Source: Azolla caroliniana (Eukaryota > Plantae > Polypodiophyta). Taken from it: DNA of 64,000 nt. Below the pieces are notes generated by a model, which saw only the letters and a program-made list of their open reading frames with translations, was not told the DNA's origin and searched no databases. Shown here one piece after another: positions 37,445 through 49,899 of this stretch (position 1 is its first letter; every line of letters begins with the position of its first letter). The DNA lies in NCBI GenBank assembly GCA_043228905.1, contig JBHGNT010000008.1, positions 14,942,001 to 15,006,000 on the forward strand, in the 5' to 3' direction. The position numbers and the translations under genes were made by a program.

Positions 37445-39602
37445 GATTTCGCCATCTATAGCCGGGAGGAGGACCATTTTCAGCACCTCCGTCTCTTGTC
37501 TAGAAAAGTGTAGAGCATACCGGCTAAGCTTGAATCCGGCAAAGTGTGTTTTTTGGCATGTCCAGTGGAACTTTATTAGGACATATTGTGAGCCAGGAAG
37601 GTATTGTAGTCGACCCGGACAAAGTGAAAGCCATATTAGAAGCACCGGCGCCAGCAACGGCAAAGGCATTAAGCCGGTTCTCAGGCCAGATCTGGTGGCA
37701 CAACCGGATGCTCCGATACTTGGCCGACCTGACTACACCATTGCATGCTGCCGTACATCGAACACCATTCCAGTGGACCGACACCGAGGATAGGGCGTAT
37801 AGGGCCCTCAAGGTACTATTGTCGCAAGCACTGGTAGTGCAGCCTCCGGATTGGAGTAAAGAATTTCATGTGTTCGTGGACGCCTCCGACATCGCAATCG
37901 GAAGCGTACTGATGCAGCTTACGGAGCCAAAGTGGTACCGGCCAGTGTACTGATGCAGCTTACGGTGTCCAAAGTGTCACTCACCGGTAAGTTGGCCCGG
38001 TGGACCTTAATGTTACAGGAATTCGAGTTTGAAATATTCCACCGACCCGGTATACAGCATGCCGTGGCGGATTACTTAAGCCGATTAGAGTCCGGAGAGA
38101 CGGGTGACGGAGTAGTTGATGAGTTTCCGGATGCAGAGCTGTTTCGAGTCACTACGGAAACGGCAGCAGATGAGACGGTGGCACAAGAAGACAAGTGGCT
38201 CACAAACATGCACCAGTTTCTGAGCACAGGACTGCCTCCGGAAGAGATGAACCGGGACGAAGGGAAACGCCTGGCGGTGCAAAGCCGACATTTCTGCTTA
38301 CTGCAAGACACACTTTACCACAAGGGCGCGGACGGCATATGGAGACGGGTTGTGTGCAACAATGAAAAGGACCTGATATTGAGGAAAGCCCACTGCGAAG
38401 TTGCCGGAGGTCAATATGCCGGAGATGCGACGGCCAGGAAAATATGGCAAAGTGGCCTATGGTGGCAAATGACATTAAGAGATGCGGTACGGTACGCAAA
38501 AGAATGTGACCTATGCCAGCGAATGGGCCAGCTAACGGAGCAGGCTCGTATGCCACACCAGCCGGTACTACCACTCGAGCCATTCCAGAAGTGGGGGCTA
38601 GACTTTGTTGGACCGTTCAAACCACCGGCAATGAGAACGAGTAATCGGTACGTTATCGTCGCGACGGATTACTGCACGAAATGGGTGGAGGCCAAAGCCT
38701 TAAGAGACAACACCGCTGCGTCAACGGCGAAATTTCTATACGAGTACATCTGGTGCCGTTACGGATGCCCAATCGAATTAATAAGTGACCAAGGGGGGCA
38801 CTTTCTCGGCCAAGTAGTTGAAAGCCTGACAACATTCTATGCCGTTGTCCATAAACGGAGCACACCATACTATCCGCAAGCAAACGGGTTAGCGGAATCG
38901 ACGAACAAAACGCTCCAGAATATCCTCCGGAAGATCGTCAACGAAAACCGAACGGATTGGGATACCAAGCTACATAGCGCGCTTTGGGCATACCAGACGG
39001 CATACAAAACGAGCATCCGAACAACACCGTTCCGGTTAGCGTTCATACTAGAGGCGGTAATGCCGGTGGAATTCCAAGTACCCAGCTCACGGATCCAGCT
39101 ACGGGAACGGCTGAACGAGAAGGAGTCGGAGGCAATACGGTTAACAACGTTGTGTGAACTCGAGGAACAACGACTGGCAAGCATCCTGCACTTAGAATTG
39201 GAACAACGGCGATGGAAAGCATTTGTCGACCGGCACAAGAAAGGAAACGAAAAAATGTTCGCAATCGGCAAACCGGTGTTAGTATTTCAGACCCGGATGG
39301 GCAAGATGCCGGGTAAACTACGGTTTAGATGGACCGGACCGTATTGGCTGACACGTGAGTATAATGGGTCCTACCAGTTAGGGACACTTGCCGGCGAAGT
39401 GCTAGGCAAATGGGTCAACGGATTCCGATTGAAGCCATATAAAGGACCGATGCCCAAAAACCCATTTGAGCAAAGGACCGACACTGGTGCGGAAACGGCA
39501 ACCTATGAGGAAAACGGCAACCACCAAGACGGCAGAGACGGCGAGCCAGTAACTGGGGAGAATGAGGCCGGTAAGGGTCCGATAGGACCAAAGAACAAGT
39601 AA
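37445..39602 (+). pseudogene. pol: RT C-terminus, RNase H (internal deletion) and integrase
   Basis: LNPAKCVF, LLGHIVS, VDASDIAIG, KWGLDFVGPF, TDYCTKWVEA, ISDQGGHF, PQANGLAE, RWTGPY. Confidence 0.92.
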
Positions 39603-39987
39603 CGTCACATTTATAAATAATATAAAATAAAATAAAAATAAAAATAAAAACGAAGTATTCATGCAAAAGCGAGGAATGAATGGACGAAAGAGCGAGGCGC
39701 GAAAAGGTACGTAGTGGGCATTTAAGTGCCACCACAGGACATAATGTTATTTTAGTACACGACGTGCACACACTCGAAAAAGGCGCCAGAATGCACAGAG
39801 AAAAACCACTACGCATGGAGACCCTTTACTTTCGCGAACCGAGGAGCACAGAAGCACCAAGGCGCTGCAAGATCATCAGATGAGAACCTACACATAGAGA
39901 ACCCCCGCCTTCTGAACTCTCTCTCTCTCTCAATCTCACTCTCATCACCATCCAACCTCGCCACCGCAATCCGGCCTCAACACAGAC

Positions 39988-42775
39988 ATGGACCCGCAAA
40001 CGTTGTCGGAAGCCGCCAAGACATGGCTAAAGCAACACGGGCTCGAGGGCTTCTTGATGATGATGGAAGTACCGCCACACAAAGAAGCCGACAAGGTGAT
40101 CAAAGAAATCGACACAGAGGTCATAACGGCGGAAGCGATTCGAGCATTTACAGGCCTTCCGGAGGGAGGCATACTCACGATTGACAATCCGACCTCGGAG
40201 CAACTCATAAGGTATTTTGGTGAGTACTCCCTAGCCAACAAGGGCTACCGGACACAGGGCGGCGGAGATATGTTGTTCCGCTAGATTGCTCGTGTGCTCC
40301 ACGAATACGGCCATGTGTACCCTAGACCCCCTGTCATGCTGCAAAACCGGGTAGGGATGATCATCGTCACCTATGAAGGGATCAAGGTGGATTGGCCGGT
40401 ATTGATCGCAAACGGGTTGTGTGCGGCGATCGAGATCGTCAAAGGCAAAGACGGCAAAGAAGGCCGAGACGGACAGAGGATACGGCACGTCGTAACGCAG
40501 TGGCTCACCCGTCCAACTCGTCCAGCCCAAGAAGCGAGGAAGAGTGGCGGACGGCACCCCAAAGACGGCTTCCAAAAGACAACAATTGTTGGCCTCTAAG
40601 GCCACTGAGGGGAAGGCGGCGGATGCAGAACAGGCGGGAAAGGAGAGCGGCAGCCGGAAGCGGCCAACGGATGCGCAGGAGGAACCACCGACACGGCCTG
40701 TAAAGGTTACATTCCGTCGACCGGTGAATCGAGAAGCGGACCCCTTGGCGGCAAAACTCAATGCCGGGACTCAGGAAGAGGAAATAGAGGAGGAGCCTAC
40801 GGAGGACCTCCAACGACGGTCGTTGGCAAGGACCGTTGAGGCAGTCGGGAAATGTTCGGACCCTCAGACGGAGGGAACACCTGCTCCCCATACTGAGACT
40901 CCCACGCCAAGGGAAGAACCGGAACCGGTGCGCATGGCATCGGAATCAGAAGCCCCGGCACCACCGGCAACACCGGCAAGTCCCATCCCGCCAGAGCCGG
41001 AAAGGTCAATGCAGCCTCCCTCGGCCAACCAAGAAGAAGCGCAAGGGGAACCAAGATAGCAGGGTGGTCCACGGGCTGAAACGGAATTGCAACTCGGCGC
41101 AATCAGGCGGGACCACCCATCTACGAGCGAGCCCATCTGTCAAACCTCCGTGCAAGCACAACAATGCACCGGTAGCCTGTGGCTCCGGTGGATAGGCGAA
41201 CAGATTTCCGAAGTAGTGGGGTATATTGAGGCGGAAGAAAGAGCGCAAAGCGAACGGTTGCTCGTCACAACCGAACAACTAGAGACGGGCCAGTCCAGAA
41301 TCCGGTGCCTTGAAAAAGACTTGGATCAGGTCACCGTAGAGATGGCCAAAATGGCCTTAACGGCAACACAGATCCAATCACTGGTGACTCCGGTAAGTGT
41401 ACAGAATAAAGAAACAGATCGACCTGTACATACCAATAAGACCCCGGCAACGAAAACCGTTCCGGCGAGAGATGCGGCACAAGCCCAGGAGCTTGCGGAA
41501 TTGAGAGATGAACTTGCCGCACAAGAAGTGCTAAGGAGCCGTGAACAGGAATTGAAAACAGCGGCCGAAGCCGAATTAAAGAAGACTGCTGAGAACCTCC
41601 GCAGGGTAGAGGAGAGCCTCCAGAAAGGCCATCAAGCGTACGACCGGCTAAGGGAGGAAAAAGACAAAGTGCTGCAGGAAAAGGACAAGCTGCGGAAGAC
41701 AGCGGAAACGGAAATTGAACGGCTAAAGGAAGAGCTCCGCCAGTAGAAGGACCGCGAGGACCGGGCACGTCGACAGATCAATGCACGACTCAAGCAAAAG
41801 ACGGATGATTTTGAGCACCTGCACCGGGACTACAAACAACTGGAAACGGAGCATAAGGAACGGATGGCCGAGCTCCAACAGGAAGTTGATCGGGCCGTGA
41901 CGGCGATCGCCGACGAATGTACGGAAAATACAAGACGGTTGGACGAGGCGGAGAAGGTCTGGATGGAGCTCCAGAGGCAGCAGCAAGAAGAAAAGGAGAG
42001 AGCATCAACGGTATTGCAGAAATTACAAAGCACATATCAAAGGCAATTGACGCATTACAAGGAGCAGGCGGAAGACAATGTCAAAATCATCAAGCAACTG
42101 AAGGAGGAACAACAAGTGGCGGAAATCAAATCGCAATTGGGAACGTGCCGGATTCAGTGCATCCTCCAGGCATGGCTGAATCAGACAAAACGCTTGATTG
42201 ACGAAAGCTCCGTAAGATGGTGGACAAAGTGGGCACAAAATGCGGTGGAACTCCAATTGGTACGGGCATACGTGGCAAACCGGCGGAAGGAAGGAGATGA
42301 TTGTTATACGTTGACTTCCGAGGACTTCACCACCATACGGGACGAGCTGGCCGACGACTTCCAAGTCCTGGCGGATGAATAGCTAGCGTAGGTCTGGCAA
42401 CTCGTAGCTCAGCTAGACGATGATAGTTTGGACGTTCAAATCCAGTTTGAAAGCTACGAGCGGTCCCGGGTTCGGGAAGAAAAAGCACGGGAAGCGGCAA
42501 CAGTTAACCTTAGTGATGAGGAACCGTCACCGGCCGAGGGCCAACCCGGAACCAGTCAACCGGAGACCACTACGACGGAGGGAGCAACGACGGAGACATC
42601 GGTATCAAAGCAACAAATGGAGGAGCAGCCGCAGCAGCCACCAACGGACCCGTCGCAGCAGACATCAACAGAGCAGCAACAACAACCACAACAACAACAA
42701 CAACAACAACCAATTCCAGATGAACCATTGGAGACTCTTGAACAAAGCATTCTAGATATTTTGGACGAAGAATAG
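39988..42775 (+). pseudogene. Extra ORF downstream of pol: globular N-terminus, Pro/Glu-rich linker, long coiled coil, poly-Q acidic tail
   Basis: Chain of plus-strand ORFs 39988-40284, 40294-40599, 40544-41059, 41087-41746, 41864-42382, 42428-42775, mostly separated by in-frame stops; heptad E/K/Q/L composition. Confidence 0.7.
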
Positions 42776-42926
42776 CAAGGGTCGGTTGTGGATTCGACGT
42801 ACAAGGTACTGTCCCACGGGCGTGCCATGTGTTACCGACCGGCAAAGGAGTCCAGAGTGTGAAACGGGGAGTTATTTAATTAGTAGGAATGGTTGTAAGT
42901 AAGCTATGAGTGTGGACGGACGGACC

Positions 42927-44706
42927 GGAATGGGACGTGTTCACAGTTTCCAGTTTCCAGAGAAGCAACACGGAAAAAGTTGGAACCAGAACAAGAGTTG
43001 GTTGGCACCGAAGCGGCGGTAATGGCCGGGCGGCCGTCAGAGTAGACAAAGCCGAAACAACAACAGTGACGCCGAAAAGCGACAGACGGAGAGACAACCA
43101 TCAGATATCAACGGCTGACAACCGGATGACGACTGAACAGACCGGCCAAGTGACTACAGACCGGCCGGACAGGGCCGAAGAAGATGAGAGAGGCTTCAGG
43201 AATGGTCATCACCAACCGACAGCAGCCGGAGCGGCCGGAGGGCCAGACAAGGTCAGGGAAGCAGACAGGCCGCCAGGATGACCGACGGTGTCGGACGACG
43301 ACGAAACCGATAGACGGTGATGGAGTCCGCAACGGAGGCAGCCGGAGCAACCGAGAGCCGAGGAGCGGCCAAAGCAGCCGGAATAGCCGACCAGTGGCCG
43401 GAGTGGCCAGATAGGCCTGGACAGAGACAGAACCGGCCACAGCGATGGCGGTGGCTGAACAATCGACGACCGGATCAAAGATGACGCTGAAACGAAGGGC
43501 CAACCAGACACACACAACAACAAACGAGGCATAGATGGACAGAGACGACAACCGATCGGAAGGAGATACACCAACATGGAGATGGCCAGACATCGGACGG
43601 ACTAATGGCGGAAACGAAATCGTTGCAACGTCTCGATAGGCGGCCGGAGACGGAGCCAAAGATAGAGATAAAGATGGCGACGACGCAAGACACCGGTGAC
43701 CGGATGACGGTCGAAACGGTGACAAAGATGGACGGCCGACAGAGGCAACGGACGACGACGATGATTGCTGGACGAGGCCAAGCGATGGAAACGATGACGA
43801 CAACGGAAACAGAGATGGCAACGATGATGGAGACATCGACAGCCGACTAGCAGTAGGCAAACAACCGACGGAAGAGATGGTCGATGGGAGGAGAAAAAGA
43901 AAAAGCAGCAAACGATGCCGGAAACAGCGATGGCAGTAGAAGAAGAAAGAAGAAGAACAGAAATGAACAAGAAGAAGAAAAACGCAGACCAAAGCAACAC
44001 GAAAGAAGGAAACAGAGAGGAGGAGCAAAGCAAGATTCAGGCACTAGAGATAGAGGCATGGACAGAGAGAGAATCAAGCGGGAGAATCAGAGGGAGAGAA
44101 GAAGCAGAAGGAGACACAGATAAACAGGAGGAAGAGAAGAGAGAAGAAGACAAATACAGAAGGGAAGGTAAAAATGACCTAAAAGCAAAAGAGAGGGAAA
44201 AAGATAAAATAGGGGTATGAGACAAATTTTGAAACCCTGAGGGTATCGAGTAAAATTTCAAAAACTGGAGCGTACATAATTAAAATTTTAAAAATCAAAG
44301 GGCACCTACGAAATTTCGAAAACTCATCAACCTAAAAGAAATGGATGTGATCGACACACAACTCACAAAATCAACAAAAGGAAGATACACATACACACAA
44401 CATTTTTGGACCCATGATATCAATGTTCGTGAACCGACAGAACGAGAATGTTCGTGTCGATGAAGTCGCTGACCGAAGGAGATATTCGAGTCAAGCGCTC
44501 CGATCGAGGGAGTCGATCGTTGAGAAGACCGATGGAAGTTCCGGTCGAAGAAATATCATCATCAAGGCATGTGGGATCGGCATGTGGGATAGGAGGAGGT
44601 ATGAGTGAGTGTCCAGTATGAATGCTCTAGGGGGCTTACACCCCTTTGTATCTACCCCCTCTTGTACTATTTAACCCCCTTATGGGGAATGAATGAAAAA
44701 TGAATC

Positions 44707-44745
<39 letters not shown>

Positions 44746-44800
44746 CATCTCTCTTCCTATCTCTCTCCCTCAACGTTGAACCCCCTTGGGAGGGGGGTGG
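42927..44800 (+). mobile_element. Family X copy 2: non-coding repeat-rich segment and LTR fragment
   Basis: Same block order as 11150-14935; CTATTTAACCCC near 44667 followed by (CT)n. Confidence 0.5.
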
Positions 44801-45213
44801 AGCCATTCTAGGCACCACCCCCCACCCCACAATGCTTCTCAACGATTCTCAACATCTTCATGCCAATCTCTCTTACCATCATACTCTCCATTATCTTCGC
44901 TATTACGCCATGTCTATCTTTGTCATTGATAATCATCATCGTCCTTAACGACCCCCCTTTGGAGACGGAGTCGAAGAATGATACGCGACAATGTGAGGCA
45001 TAGTGATGATGATATGTAAGAGATGTCCGGGTAATGATGGCGATATGCAGCAAAAGGCGGAAGAAATCAGAAATGGAAGATTGACAAGATTGACTGTTGC
45101 ACAATTCTACAACGAATTAATCTCTATATGTGAATGTTTTGTGTGGTCTGTTTTTGCCCTAAATGTCCGAGAAATGTTGGCCAAGATGTACAAAAACGGT
45201 GCCATCCGCACCT

Positions 45214-47555
45214 TGGCCATGCCCTTCGACCTTGTGGTCACCTGCTGCAGATCTGCCACCTCAGGGACTACCATATTACTGCCGGTCGTTTTTCATAGCT
45301 CTTCACCGGGCATTGATTACTATAATGACCTTCCTGTCAGCAGTAGTAGCAGTAGGCTTTCCGGGTATTGCTGGATTCGGCATTATCTGTTGTACCCGAG
45401 GCAGGTCCTATGGTAAGCGCGGGGTTTTGGGCCGGTTGGCTGCTTGAAGCTCCTTGTTCCGGATCCCGTGGGTAGCCGTCTTTTTTGAAATGCCATTTTC
45501 TGTTATAGCTCTTCTTATTGCGGTACTCTTGACGAGGTTGCTCGTTATATCTTTTGTATTCCTCCCGTTGCTGACGATACCCAGGGGAGTGCTCCCGGTC
45601 GTAATGTTCGTATCGTCTATTGTAATCCTGGTACCGATCATATCTATCATGCTGGTCATAGTTATCCCGCCGATCACCGTACTAGACATCATTCTCCCGT
45701 CGGTCGCCATACCGGACATCCTGTCCCGGTCGGTCGCGGTCCATTCGCCGCTAGCGTTCCTCTTCTTCATCCTGGCTGCTGCGTGGCTCTATTTGTCGGA
45801 CGGGCGGTGCTTGCCGGTTCAATAGATTATACTCGCACCTATCCGTCGTATGGCCCTTGGATTGACAGATTACACATTGCGTCCTCATAGTGCATTCTAG
45901 AGCCGAGTGTCCGGAATTCAAGCAGGTTGTGCACTGTATTGCTTGCCGAAACCAGAGGTCTTCATCGGACGGTAACGCCCGTTGGAGTGCTCCTAGTGTG
46001 AGCCAGGAGCTTGTCTTTTCCATCTCTCTCACCCGGTCAATGACCTGGTCGATGGTACTTGTGCAGAAGTCAATTACCATGCAAACCGTGCGTAGGGGTT
46101 CCCGGACCGCATTTAGGAATATAGTCCGTAATTCCTCCTCCGGGGGTGCGCGGGCAAGCTGATTATGCATCCGTTGAAACCGGATGACAAACTGGGGAAT
46201 GCTCTCCCCTGCCTCCTGTCAGATGGTATAAAATAAGCCCACCATTACGGTTTGGTCCACCTCCTTTTGGAAAAGTGCAAGAATTTAGCTTTTAAATATG
46301 CAAAGGTGGTGATGGTAGACGGGTCCGGCGTCCGGCGCCATCTTGCTGCCGGTCCCTCCAATGTGACGCCAAATTCCGCTATCTTAGAGCGTTCCTCTTC
46401 TTCTGGGGTCAATCGCTGGGACACATGGTTGGCTTCCCATGTCTGTTCGAAGGCGTGCACATGAGCTTCCGCGTCCGGATCATCTCTATACTTGGAGTAC
46501 TGGAACGGCGTGTCGTCGTCCGGTATCGGTGCGCGGGCTGGTAGTGTTGGTGCTCGTTCCAGGATTTTCTCCGGCGTCGGTGGTCTTTCCTCTTCTTTTG
46601 GTGACGGAGGCCTCTCCTCTTCGACTTCCGGTGTCGGAGGTCACTCTTCCTCTGCTGGTTCCGGAGGTTCCAGCCTTAGCACTTCCGGTTCCGGTGTCGG
46701 TAAGGTATCCGATCCTTTGTCCTCCGGTCCACCCGGGGTTTCGTTGCTGCTACGGTAGTTCGTGTGCACGCTGTATTCTCCTTCGGAGTCCGATTCATAT
46801 GCTGAAAAGGCTTCTGCTTCGCCTTCTCCATTTGCCAACGCCTGGAGAAGGGATTCGGTTTCTCGGAGGCTGCTTAGGTTGCTGCCGTCGTCCGGGTGCG
46901 ATGTTTGCTGTAACCAGAGGGAGTCCTCCGCTACTCTCCGGATTACGTTGGAAAATGAGCGATCCGCTCTAATTTCCTGCGTTGCTTGCTGGAAAGCCTC
47001 ACGTCTCCTTTGCCTTTCGGCAAGGCGTCGAGTTCGATCTGGAACCAGGTCGTGCGTTGATCTAGTCATCCATTCGTGTCGTCGTTCGCTGCAAAAACAG
47101 GAATTGTGGTGGCCAAAAACTGTGTTAACTCTTAGGGCCGGACAATGGCCTAACACAGGGTGTCTACGGAAGACACTTCACCAAAGGGGTGTTACGGCAA
47201 CAGGATTAGACTCAACGATTAATCCGACTTAATTAGGTTACTTAGCATGATCGTCTTTAATAATCACACGCGTAAGATATAACAATGAATACAGAACGAC
47301 AATTAACATAGAGAGATAACAATACTAAGCTTTATTAATTAACCGTTGTTCATTACATTGTATCCGGGCCTTTAAATAGGTTTCCGGTTTGTATTACAAA
47401 ACGGTGCCATCCGCACCTGTTCGGGATCGGTCCGGATCCGGAACGGCATACCGATTATGGTCCGTCCGTCCACACTCATAGCTTACTTACAACCATTCCT
47501 ACTAATTAAATAACTCCCCGTTTCACACTCTGGACTCCTTTGCCGGCCGGTAACA
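45214..47555 (-). mobile_element. Family Y 5' half: 5' LTR 47121-47555, PBS-like TGGCCACCAC, decayed gag
   Basis: Minus TGTTACC...AACACA; TATA CCTATTTAAA 47380-47371; AATAAA near 47335; gag ORFs 46641-47156, 46245-46460, 45751-46170 (two zinc knuckles). Confidence 0.85.
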
Positions 47556-48423
47556 AATACAAAGTTGATCACCTTGACGACAATGATTCGGATGTGTCGG
47601 CTCCCTCACTAGAAAATGAGTTTGGTGTACCCATCATGTGGACACTTGGAGTAAAGAAGGGACTCACATCAGCAAGCGAAAAAAGTCGACGCTCTTCTAG
47701 AGAGAAGAATCTCGTCGCTCGGGTCGACTACAACGAGTACATGGCACATCATTATGCCTCCGAGATGAAGGTAGCGGCCGAACAAGAGCCCAAGAGCTCT
47801 ACAGAAGCACTCGGCCTTCGCCCATTTCACACAACAAGCCTTCATAACCGCCTTGAGGGGGAGGAACCGAGATTGCCTCGAAAAGGCCAGATGGAAGCCC
47901 ACGAAAGCCAAAGCGAATGTCGAACGCCTCACACTTGAGCATGAGGGGGCGTGTGGAGATATCAAGCTCAACTTAGTTTAATTAGTTAGCCAACACATGT
48001 AACTTAGTAGTTACCTAGATACAATCTAGTTAGTGTGTTGACCTTAAATCGTTAAATAGGATTTTGTACTTGAGTGAGATACATTATAGATCCTCCACTC
48101 CTATGTTCATTTAATAAAGGACTTACACGATTGTACCTATATTCTACTCACACATGTGCACCTTTGCACATGAGATGTATATATACCTCATTGTGGGTAT
48201 TTTTGGATTTGATGATGTTTTCTAATATAGTTAATCATCCCCCATCTTGTCTCGTTGTTCATAAGTGTTAACTTCCTCTCTCTCTTTCTCTCACACACAT
48301 ACACACACATATCACTTAATCTTCCGCTTAACCTAATCACATAATTAGGTGCTAATTAAATCTTGCTTAATTACCTAGTTGTTAATATTGGTTACTTGTA
48401 ATAGCTACACTTGTATCTCAACA
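47556..48423 (+). mobile_element. Internally deleted Copia fragment with PPT and 3' LTR 47952-48423
   Basis: YNEYMAHHYA..EP pre-RT linker; PPT GAGGGGGCG then TGTGGAG...CTCAACA. Confidence 0.65.
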
Positions 48424-48462
48424 ATGTAATATTGGTCCATTTGTCAAAGTCATAAGGGCCGT

Positions 48463-49050
48463 TGTCGCGGAAATCCGCGCGTGCATGTCGGCTTGGGCTA
48501 GACCACGGGGTCTTGGACTAGGGAGTAAAAGAGGGGTGAATTGGAGGTTACCTCTTACGAGCTTCCAAGCACAAAGGGGGAAGAACAATGCACGAAGATT
48601 AACAAGAGAAAGAGCTAGAATAAGACAAGATTCATCAAGCTAATTCCATTATAGGGCACGAAAGTCACAATACGATTTACAACCGCGGCCATATTGTTCG
48701 GACACAAGCATAGAAGAAAAGACAATGACTAAAGAGAGAGAGAAAGAAATCCTAAAACTTCCAAACGACTACCATGATGACCAAACGAAACCCTAAACCG
48801 AAATAGGAACAACATAAAGACGAAGAAACGAAACTCTAACAGTCTACCTCAAAACGACAGAATGGTGACCCCCTCAATGGCAACCCTTCACTCCCTTTTA
48901 TAGTAGAAAGGGCTGAGGCTCATTACAAAAGAAGAGGGCAAATATTTCACGCTTTTCAAAGGGGAATATTTGCCTTGATCTTAGGAGGAGAGATTGATGG
49001 GGCCTTAACTCCCTCTCCTCTCATTTTCACACACACACCACCACTTATTA
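48463..49050 (-). repeat. LTR homologous to solo LTR 26371-27055, inverted; far boundary unresolved
   Basis: TGTCGCGG..GACCACGGGGTCTTGGACTA is the reverse complement of 26997-27055; GGGGAATATTTGCCTTGAT matches ~26650-26665. Confidence 0.7.
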
Positions 49051-49899
49051 CTGAAAGAGTGAAGATAGAAAGAAGAGATAAAGAAGATATATAGATCCAC
49101 AACAACAAAGATTTATTGATAATGAATGATCATGATAGAAGGAAAAGAGAAAGAAGATACATAAATCCAAATCTACAAAGGTATATTGATAACAACTCAA
49201 CCACACTACATGAACGGGCAAGAAAACACCACAAGAAGTAGACTCAATACCCACCATCTTACTCTTCTTGCTTTATATGAAGGTGTCCTCTACTAGATAA
49301 CTTCCCCTTGCTTTCTTTTTTCACCGATTTTTTAGAAGTTTTCCATCTCCTATTCTTAGCTATGACACAACGATCTTCTAATCGTCATATCTCTCTCGTC
49401 GTAGCTCCTAATGTAGAGATCTAACGTTCTAAAGATAGATGAATTCACGAGCTTTCTAACCCATATTTGCACATTATATTTGGGTTCAAATGAAAGAGTT
49501 ATGATCGTTCGTTTCAGACTATGTTTTGGTGGCCCACTTTTTTCTTCTTTTACTTTTCTCCATGTGTCTTGCTTTTAGTTTGACTTATCCTCAAGATCTT
49601 GGTTCATGTTTGCCCTCCGGATGTGAATGCTCCATAGCTTATATTCTTGTAGACTTCAATAGCGTGAATTCTAAAAACACTTTCACATTTAGCCCTCCCC
49701 CTTGCTTCTTGGTGAACCATTTATGGTGAACCCTAAGATAATAATAAAACCAAAGATTCGCCTACGACTTATTCATGGCTATAGACAAAGAAGGAGAGAA
49801 TAAATAGAAAAGAAACAAATTATGTGAGTATAACCCCCGCTAGTCGGTAGGAAAAACCTCACACTCCTAAACATGCACCCACACAAACACCTTGACAAT

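Larger units (their letters stand above)
37430..42926 (+). mobile_element. Athila/Tat-like non-chromovirus Gypsy (family Y) 3' half: RT-RH-INT, extra ORF, first 97 bp of 3' LTR
   Basis: pol motifs on plus; 42830-42926 matches the U3 end of LTR 47121-47555 (inverted). Confidence 0.85.

Noticed and set aside
39988-42775. True envelope gene
   Set aside because: No signal peptide or transmembrane helix visible in the translated fragments.
42556-42845. Cys-rich metallothionein-like ORF on minus
   Set aside because: Antisense reading of the (CAA/CAG)n poly-Q tract of the extra ORF.
43108-44261. Long Ser/Leu- or Arg-rich ORFs (also 11427-12088, 17227-17794, 57384-58096)
   Set aside because: Open in several frames and on both strands because of low-complexity repeats; no domain motifs.
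42830-47555. DIRS element or TIR DNA transposon suggested by inverted termini
   Set aside because: No tyrosine recombinase or transposase; the repeat is the U3 end of an ordinary LTR and the flanks give no TSD.
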